From contig CAXXUA010000007.1 in NCBI GenBank assembly GCA_963663765.2, positions 1 through 64,000 of the forward strand: DNA of 64,000 nucleotides, in the 5' to 3' direction. Both the position numbers and the translations under genes were made by a program. The notes below the pieces were generated by a model. That model ran no database searches. It saw only the letters and a program-made list of their open reading frames with translations, and was not told the DNA's origin. The DNA is from Candidatus Poribacteria bacterium (lineage in GTDB: Bacteria > Poribacteria > WGA-4E > WGA-3G). Numbering within the stretch: position 1 is the first letter of the stretch; the number at the start of each line of letters is the position of its first letter. Below, piece after piece: positions 61,623 to 64,000 of this stretch.

Positions 61623-64000
61623 CTATTTCAAAATAACCATTTTACGCAGGAAAGACACACTGTCTGCCTGCAGTTGAAAAAAATAAATACCGTTCGCCAC
61701 GCGTTCACCGAGATTGTTCCGACCATCCCAATGAGCAGCACTGCTTTGGGTTATGTAGTATCCCGCCCGTTGATGCCCCAATTCCAACCGACGCACAATA
61801 ACGCCACGCGCATCGTAAATCGTAATCTGGACGTCGCTGGCATTTGCCAACTGATACGGTATCCACGTCTCCGGATTGAACGGGTTTGGATAGTTGGATA
61901 AGAGTGCAGTCGTATCAGGAGATGGCTGAGCAGACGGCGCAGCACCCTCTACATCGGTGACATTGATTGTAACGGAGATTTTATCATTTTTGGTCTTTAC
62001 ATCTATCACATAAACCGTTACACTGTAAGATGACTTCGTTTCATAATCTAAGTTTTCTTTGGTTTGCAGTTGCCCTGTTGTGCTGACAATACTGAATGAG
62101 GCTGCGTCCGTGCCACGCAGGTAATAGCTGAACGCATCCCCATCAGGATCTTTTGCACTAATCCTTCGATCAATGTTCTGACCAGGTTCAGTGTTCTCCG
62201 CTACAGAGCGAGTTGTGCTGTTACCATCTATGAACCAAGGATACCTATTTCCAATATAGCTTGCTATCGTAATTCCCGTATCCTTGTCTAATATTGTTGC
62301 GATCGAACCGAAATCGGTTATCGGATTTCCATGGAGCGTTAGATACTTCAGCATTGTGAAACCTTCCAAATATGATATATCACTAATATTGTTGTTGGCC
62401 AGATATAGAGACTTCAGTGCGGTCATATCATCAAGTGCGGATATACCGCTGATGCTGTTATTACTAAGGTTGAGGCTGGTCAGTGCGGTCATATCATCAA
62501 GTGCGGATATACCGCTGATGCTGTTATTACTAAGGTTGAGGCTGGTCAGTGCGGTCATATCATCAAGTGCGGATACATCACTGATGCTGTTATTACTAAG
62601 GTTGAGGCTGGTCAGTGCGGTCATATCATCAAGTGCGGATATATCACTGATACTGTTATGATCCAGAATTAGAAATCTTAGACCGGTTATATTTGTAAGA
62701 GAAGATATATCATTGATGCTGTTTTCACCAAGACTAAGCAATGTCAGTGCGGTCATATTTGTAAGAGGAGATATATTACTGATGCTGTTTTCATCAAGAC
62801 TAAGCGATGTCAGTGCGGTCATATTTGTAAGTGGAGATATATCACTGATATTGTTATTCGCTATTTCAAGAAATGTCAGTGCGGTCATATCATCAAGTGC
62901 GGATATATCACTGATTTTGTTGTTATTGCTAAGATTGAGGTGAGATAGTTTTGTTAGATCATCAAGTGCGGATATATCGCTGATTCTATTCCTATTAAGT
63001 TTGAGAAATGTTAGTTTTGTTAGATCATCAAGTGCGGATATATCAACAATCTTATTATTTGCTAAATCAAGGGACTGTAACTCTGTAAGATTTTCCAGCG
63101 GCGATATATCCATGATATTGATATGATAAAGACTTAGATTTGTGAGTTGTGTCAAATTTGCCAACGGTGAAATATCGGTCAAATTGTTGAATCTGAAAGA
63201 TAACCATTTCAGTGAAATAAGCCCATCAAAGTCTCCTGTTTTGAGTGATGTAATTCCTTTACTTTGAAGATCAAGGCTCGTAATTGCTGCGAGATGTTCT
63301 GGTGTCACATCTTCAGCAGAATCCACGCCTGCGGTGGTAACAATTTCATCGCGTATTTGCGGTGTGCGTTCACTTACCGGCGTAATTGTAATTTCGGTCA
63401 CATCTGTGACACTGATTGTGACAGTGATACTATCACTCCCGCCATTCTCATCGGAGACAGAAATGGTTACCGTATAAGAGGTTTTCGTTTCATAATCAAG
63501 TGCGGCATTCGTCTGTAGCTGCCCGTTCGTGTTGACGATGCTAAACGATGTCGCATCCGTACCACTGAGAGTATATGTAAGCGTATCGTTATCTGCATCG
63601 GTTGCAGCAACAGGGTCTCCGATGTTCTGTCCAGATTCCGTATTTTCCGCAACAGACCGAGTCGTACTATCGCCATCGGTGAACATCGGTGCACTATTGA
63701 CAACTTGTTGCTGTTGTGAACTGATACTACCTATGATGCTGATTGTAACAACGATAGAGTTGCTCCCGCCATTCCCATCGGAAACTGTAACCGTGACGAA
63801 GTAGGTATCCTGTTGTTCCGAATTCAGCGGTGCTTTTGTTTGTAGCTGTCCTGATGTGCTAACGATCTTAAACGCTGCTGCATCTGTCCCACCGAGACTA
63901 TAGGTGAGCGTATCGTCATCTGCATCTGTCGCAACTACCGGGTTGCCGATATCCATGTCTGCCTCTGTGTCCTCAGTGATAGAGCGAGTTGTGCTATCGC
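61623..64000 (-). CDS. Cadherin + LRR surface protein with conserved C-terminal domain (5' end outside window)
   Basis: PVAATDADNDTLTY / LDYETK cadherins, internalin-type LRRs with 66-bp DNA repeats from 62415, NYPNPFNPETWIPYQL. Confidence 0.92.
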   Translation of the reverse strand, partial: DSTTRSITEDTEADMDIGNPVVATDADDDTLTYSLGGTDAAAFKIVSTSGQLQTKAPLNSEQQDTYFVTVTVSDGNGGSNSIVVTISIIGSISSQQQQVVNSAPMFTDGDSTTRSVAENTESGQNIGDPVAATDADNDTLTYTLSGTDATSFSIVNTNGQLQTNAALDYETKTSYTVTISVSDENGGSDSITVTISVTDVTEITITPVSERTPQIRDEIVTTAGVDSAEDVTPEHLAAITSLDLQSKGITSLKTGDFDGLISLKWLSFRFNNLTDISPLANLTQLTNLSLYHINIMDISPLENLTELQSLDLANNKIVDISALDDLTKLTFLKLNRNRISDISALDDLTKLSHLNLSNNNKISDISALDDMTALTFLEIANNNISDISPLTNMTALTSLSLDENSISNISPLTNMTALTLLSLGENSINDISSLTNITGLRFLILDHNSISDISALDDMTALTSLNLSNNSISDVSALDDMTALTSLNLSNNSISGISALDDMTALTSLNLSNNSISGISALDDMTALKSLYLANNNISDISYLEGFTMLKYLTLHGNPITDFGSIATILDKDTGITIASYIGNRYPWFIDGNSTTRSVAENTEPGQNIDRRISAKDPDGDAFSYYLRGTDAASFSIVSTTGQLQTKENLDYETKSSYSVTVYVIDVKTKNDKISVTINVTDVEGAAPSAQPSPDTTALLSNYPNPFNPETWIPYQLANASDVQITIYDARGVIVRRLELGHQRAGYYITQSSAAHWDGRNNLGERVANGIYFFQLQADSVSFLRKMVILK

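Noticed and set aside
59333-61745. DGR template/variable repeat pair
   Set aside because: Mismatches are not confined to adenines of one copy, and no reverse transcriptase is present in the window

Overview
Bacterial chromosomal DNA of roughly 40% GC (estimated by eye). The gene repertoire strongly resembles Candidatus Poribacteria (sponge symbiont): three WD40 genes with an N-terminal LPE(G/D)AxxRLGKG motif, a cadherin/LRR protein ending in an NYPNPFNPETWIPYQL-type C-terminal domain, a LamG remnant ending KLTTTWGKIK, PhyH and FGE-sulfatase genes. This assignment is an inference. The window holds metabolic and housekeeping genes (truD, a UvrD-exonuclease fusion, nuoI, a guaB-like gene, an MtaA-type methyltransferase, a lipoate ligase), a MoxR-DUF58-VWA operon and a TolC-MFP-RND operon. 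Mobile DNA includes two intact IS elements (ISKra4/ISLre2-type inside a WD40 gene; IS630), an IS982 remnant and many nested MITE/REP elements. The best candidate for a new system is an extended -10 promoter leading directly into about four 56-bp hairpin repeats, then an ABC/AAA ATPase and a PIN nuclease (35413-37427). Other highlights are a 36-nt covarying hairpin found inside REP palindromes, MITE shells of several types carrying GTAG-REP cargo, and several enzymes with altered catalytic residues (IMPDH-like, MDH-like, beta-lactamase-like, RND permease). All family calls come from motif recognition only; no searches were run.
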